From positions 806,001 to 870,000 of the forward strand of contig JAQGDQ010000034.1 in assembly GCA_030141605.1 (NCBI GenBank): 64,000 nt of DNA, read 5' to 3'. Shown here piece by piece: positions 59,354 to 64,000 of the stretch (positions are counted from its first letter, which is position 1; the number at the start of each line of letters is the position of its first letter). The translations under genes and the position numbers were made by a program. This stretch comes from Tubiluchus corallicola (taxonomy: Eukaryota; Animalia; Priapulida). The notes under the pieces are model-generated. The model did not search any database. It saw only the letters and a program-made list of their open reading frames with translations, and was not told the origin of the DNA.

Positions 59354-62300
59354 GTGAGTATGTTGTATTTGAACTAGCAAAGCTTCTTGTAAAAATATTT
59401 CTTTTTGTGGAAGGATAATTTCAAGGGGAAAAGAGTGAGCAACCCAAATCTTATTAACTAGCCTTGTAAACAGGAGGTCCCAGCTTCAAATTTCTTAGCC
59501 ATTTTTGTTAATTTGAAGGTTTCTCACTTGTCAGATTCATTTATGTCATTAATAACTTGATAGGCTATTCCACCTACATTAATTTAATTGATTGTATCAA
59601 TTAGTTAAAATGTATGCTGTTTAAATTGCATTTTAATGTGTAGTTCGTAACCTAGACCCAACCGCAAAGTTCTTACTAATTTCTAGTAGACTAATAAAGC
59701 ACATGTTTGAGACTTGATTTAACTGTGAAGTACATTTTTGAAGCGGTCAAATATTTATTGTAACCTCTTAAATAAAGCTGCATTCATTCATCGTGTACTT
59801 ATCCTATGATAGTGGAATGTATAATTTATGCAGCAGCAGTCATTAATAACACTTTACCAACGTTGTAGTTGCTGTTTCACTGTCATGGACTGAAAAAGCT
59901 GGGACTAAGCGACAATGAACTGCGAACCCTCCCCCCTGCTGTTGCGTCCCTCATCAGCTTGGAGGAGATTGACATCAGCAAAAATGGTGAGCCATTTAAA
60001 CATTGTCATCATCATCATTACCATCACCACCATCATCATCATCAGCAGCATCACTATCACCATCGTCATCATTATTGTCATCATCATCATTGATCATCAT
60101 CATCAGCAGCAGCAGCATCATCATCACTGCCACTGTCATCATTGATGTCATCATCATCATTGCCATCATCATCATCATCATCATTATTTTAAATGCATTT
60201 TAATGTAATACTAGTGCAGTTTTTGTATTTTTTTGTTTCTTATTTTTATTTTTGCTACTTTTAGACTACCATTTGTGGTTTACTCTAAGCAAAGTTTGGC
60301 TTCTTTGTACTAGATAGGACAGGATTTGTTCATTTAGTATAGCTTTGAAACCGGGTTGAATTTTCTTCCCAGAAAATTACTGTTTTTGTCAGTTGGTCTC
60401 ATAACGGAATTCAGTTTTAACGGTTTTTGTTTATTTTGCATATTTTGGTGTATTTGTTTTAATTGCATTTATTTTTTAGTGTTATCGTTACTTGTAGATT
60501 CAGTAACTTGCATGTAATGCATGTTTGTTTGTTTCTCTTTCTTATTTCTAATTTTAATTTTGCTGAACCAATTTTTCAGGGATCCTAGATTTTCCGGAAA
60601 ACATCAAATGCTGCAAATGCTTGCATATTATAGAAGCCAGCGTAAATCCCCTCGGAAAGTAAGTATCTGGAATCTAGCTTTGATGTTTGTTTTTGTACCA
60701 GTTTTACGACTTAAACAGGAATAACACCTAAATTTTTCAAATTAGAAATTTGACTTCAGTTCTGTAAGCAGAGATAGTATGCATTTTATGCAGAGTGTAC
60801 TGACTTCTGTTGATAGCAAAAAGAAACCATTGTAAGATGGTGTTATGTTTAAGATAAATTTGATTGTAGACAGTCTTTAGAACACCTAATTTGAATGCAG
60901 GATTAATACAAAGCCATTCTTATTATTTTGTTTGCTTGGTAAATTAGTCTGGAAAAAAAATTTCGTTTCCAGTAACTAAATTGCATTTTCTCTAAATTGT
61001 CCAAACAGAAGCATGACCATTCGGCTGTACACCCATCTTGCTTTATTTCTTTACCACAATTCGTCATATTCTAAGGCAGGATATACTCAAGCCAGACTCA
61101 ATAGCAGGATATACTACTAATTCTGAATAATTGTGGCTGTACTGGAACCTACTGTATTACTGTCAGAGTTGAGGAGTTTAACTAGCAGAAAGAAATATCC
61201 AAGTATCATCCATTCATTTATTAACCAGGTTTAGTGCTGCTTAATTTCTATAGTTAAGGCATAAGCATACACCAGAAGCAGTCATTCTACTTACCCTTTT
61301 GCTATGTTTTATTAAGGAGTCATAAAGTCTTTTCTATGCCCGAGGGAGTAAGTTACTATTATTCTCCTGCTTTAATTCATCATTACGCCTGTGAACCGCC
61401 GATATTTTTACTTTTTCATCGAAATCATTTATCACGTGTATTTGACGGAGATTGGTTCTTATTGTAACGAGTTAGAATGATAAATGATTTTATATAATTA
61501 AGTTTCTCGACGCTGCAAAATAATAGACTTTTATCTCTGTGTCATCGATCTCACTTGCTATTTTGTGGTGGTCCAAGTTGTCTATTTATCTCCGTGGTAT
61601 CCAAGCGTGCTGAAAAAATGTCACATGGGTCCTTTAAGCGGAAGCTTGAATAAATATACATGTGTGTCAATTATGAGACGCAGTGAGATAATTGAATCCA
61701 TCTACAAAAACAAAACTTTTTGGTGGGTTAGAAGTTTTTGTTTCCCCTGGTCAGCAGGGCTATGCATGTGATGTGATTAATGTTTTACACTACTAGAATG
61801 ACTCAATCAGCGGGGGGAATTTCAAACAGACCCACTTGAAACTCACTGGTGTAAAGTGTAAACACGTTGAGAAACGTCGTTATAATTTGAAACTGTACTG
61901 TTTCGTCGTGATTAATAGGTTCTGAACACTTTGTGTTTGGTCTAACACTTGTGTCCCCAAAGGTGATACCAATTTCTCATCTCGGTTCATTTTCATATTT
62001 GTGACAGCAAGATAATGAAACTAGGACCAAGCACCCTAATTTCGTCTTCAGTTGAGGCTGTTCAGTTATTTGAATGTAGGTTAATATACATACAAGTACT
62101 AGTTAAACAAAGCAGGCGCTAGAGTGGACCCCTGAGGCATACCAGTAGCTAATTTATCAACGAGGAGTGTTGAGTTTATTATTCTGAGGTTTTCTTATTT
62201 CTCTTGAACATTAGTTGAAATTTTAGTAGGGCTGAAGTTTGGTTAATTTTCTGGATACTCAGGTCTGAATAATTTTAATCACTTTGCTGTCAAAATTCAA

Positions 62301-62901
62301 ATATCTTAATGACTGTTTAAGATTTTGTAATATAAGTGTTACCCCTACATATACGTAACATATTAAATAATCATTGCTAATCGTTAAATTAAAATTACAC
62401 ATCTTTGCCTGTAATACTCTAAAATGTTGTGCTGCTTACAAATACAATGCAGTATTAGTGCTAGATTATCAACCTGTTATTTGAACATCATTTCCTGTCA
62501 TAACTGTCCCCAGGTGAGTCGTTTACAATGTGCTCATGTCAAATTTTGGCCCAGTTTCTTTTTGGAAATCAGTTGAATTAATAGATTAACATTGCAGCAT
62601 GGGATTTAGCATAATAACCCATTGTTAAGACGAAAGAAGTTAATGTTTGCACGAATTAACAATCTTTTGTCAGTGCATTATAATGATGTTGTTACAGACT
62701 GCCGGAAGGGTTTACCCAACTGCTTAACCTCACTGAGCTTTATCTAAACGATACATTCCTTGATTTTCTACCTGGAAATTTTGGACGGTAAGTAGGTTTA
62801 AGTTGTCAAAACTAAGTGAACTTAACACTTTACATGCAGCACAGATTGTCTGTGTATTTTTAGAAATTTGCAGTTTATGGAGTTTATGCCAGTAGGTGAG
62901 A

Positions 62902-62997
<96 letters not shown>

Positions 62998-63869
62998 TGC
63001 AACCAAAAATGTGACTTGAAGAGTAACGCTTTTTGCTGTTTTATTATCTGAGTCCTGGAATTGAACATATGAGCTTCTACATGCAAAATGAGCCCAAAAC
63101 ATTCATGCAGCCTAACACCATTGTTATTTTTCTTTTAGTCTGTCAAGTTTGCGGATTTTAGAAGTTCGAGAAAATCATCTGAAAACTTTGCCCAAGTCGA
63201 TGGGCCGACTCCGCGATCTTGAGCGATTAGACGTGGGCAACAATGATTTCTCGGAGCTGGTATGTTTGTCGTGTTTGGCAAATTGCTTGGGTTTTTTATA
63301 TTTGCACAGCCCAGTCTGTTTAACTAGAGCAGTGCAATTTGCTTAGGAGGAAGCTGTTTTCCGTGAATTTTAATGCTTTTCTATGGTTTTGTACACATAC
63401 ACATGTTCGTTAAGTAGGAGGGAAATACTCGTTTTTTTGTATGAGCTAAAATAATTGCAGACAAACACTATTATAGATAATTATGTCTCATTTGCTAGTC
63501 GTATTTGAAAAGTTAGTAAGTGCAGTAATTATTTTAATGGTTATGAGATGATTTAAGAAAATCTGGTATATTAGAGAAGATAAAATATTGTGCTATCCAC
63601 TGATCATGACATAAGCAAATAAAAAATGTCTAATGCAAAAAGTGCCTAAGAAACAATCAGAAGATGATGATAATTTATTATAGACTTTCATTGATTTTGT
63701 TAAGATGGAATGCTTTGCTGTATCTTCTTTCTTTCTATGCAAAGTTTCACTTTCCGACGGCAAGTCTGTAAAATGTGCGTTTTCTATATTGCAGCCCGAC
63801 GTAATTGGGAGCTTGATTGGTCTACTCGAGCTGTGGTGTGATTACAACAAGATTTCAAAGCTTCCCTCG
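59183..63869 (+). CDS. ERBIN: LAP-family LRR protein of Erbin/Densin-180(LRRC7)/Lap1 type, 5' part (6 coding exons; 3' end outside window)
   Basis: Exons 59183-59353, 59869-59986, 60580-60658, 62698-62787, 63139-63259 and 63795-63869 join in frame (218 aa). [74 protein letters not shown] and [15 protein letters not shown] match Erbin/LRRC7 better than Scribble, as recalled. Confidence 0.93.
59869..59986 (+). CDS. ERBIN: LAP LRR exon 2
   Basis: TTGTAG acceptor, G|GTGAGC donor; encodes [39 protein letters not shown]. Confidence 0.93.
60001..60185. repeat. degenerate (CAT)n microsatellite (intronic)
   Basis: Directly visible CAT/CAC/CAG runs. Confidence 0.93.
60580..60658 (+). CDS. ERBIN: LAP LRR exon 3
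   Basis: TTTCAG acceptor, AA|GTAAGT donor; encodes [25 protein letters not shown](K). Confidence 0.93.
61880..62330 (-). mobile_element. non-LTR retrotransposon reverse-transcriptase remnant, antisense in LAP intron
   Basis: Minus strand at ~62103-62147 reads [15 protein letters not shown] then stop, matching the LINE RT motif GVPQGS.L.P.LFN; surrounding frame disrupted; boundaries approximate. Confidence 0.7.
62698..62787 (+). CDS. ERBIN: LAP LRR exon 4
   Basis: TTACAG acceptor, CG|GTAAGT donor; encodes [29 protein letters not shown](R). Confidence 0.94.
62898..62994. repeat. (AG)n microsatellite
   Basis: Directly visible. Confidence 0.97.
63139..63259 (+). CDS. ERBIN: LAP LRR exon 5
   Basis: TTTTAG acceptor, CTG|GTATGT donor; encodes [40 protein letters not shown]. 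Confidence 0.94.
63795..63869 (+). CDS. ERBIN: LAP LRR exon 6
   Basis: TTGCAG acceptor, TCG|GTAAGT donor; encodes [25 protein letters not shown]. Confidence 0.9.
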
Positions 63870-64000
63870 GTAAGTTTCATTCAAAGAGCAAACAAAAAGC
63901 TATTACCTTTGTCCTGTAGTAAAGACCGTAGAAGGTTGAAATGGGGTTGAGGAGGAAGATGATGGGGCCGAGAAAGGGCGGGGGAAAGAGAGTTATAGTA

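Noticed and set aside
62730-63102. SL-repeat ORFs
   Set aside because: Antisense translations of (AG)n within a LAP intron
59183-63869. Scribble or LRRC1 assignment
   Set aside because: [17 protein letters not shown] and SKNGI.DFPENIK motifs match the Erbin/Densin/Lap1 subgroup better as recalled; the PDZ count cannot be checked in this window

Overview
AT-rich, intron-rich animal (probably invertebrate) genomic DNA, not prokaryotic. Three protein-coding genes can be reconstructed with phase-consistent splice sites. (1) The 5' part of a BAZ2A/BAZ2B/toutatis-family chromatin gene on the minus strand: 12 coding exons, 12211 to 451, about 774 aa through the MBD/TAM domain, continuing off the left edge. 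(2) A complete TMEM86A-like lysoplasmalogenase on the minus strand: 31124-31104 plus 28162-27293, 296 aa. (3) The 5' part of an Erbin/Densin(LRRC7)/Lap1-type LAP gene on the plus strand: 6 LRR exons, 59183-63869, continuing off the right edge. The rest is introns and intergenic DNA with non-autonomous transposons, tRNA- and 5S-derived SINE relics, LINE remnants, minisatellites and microsatellites. The most notable items are a BAZ2 exon with a required GC donor and a competing stop-introducing acceptor; two related TG..CA MITEs with different TIRs and TSD lengths, inverted around the TMEM86 5' end; a 31-bp hairpin minisatellite; and a satellite arising from a MITE end. I found no convincing wholly new multi-gene system. 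All family assignments are from recalled sequences, not from searches.
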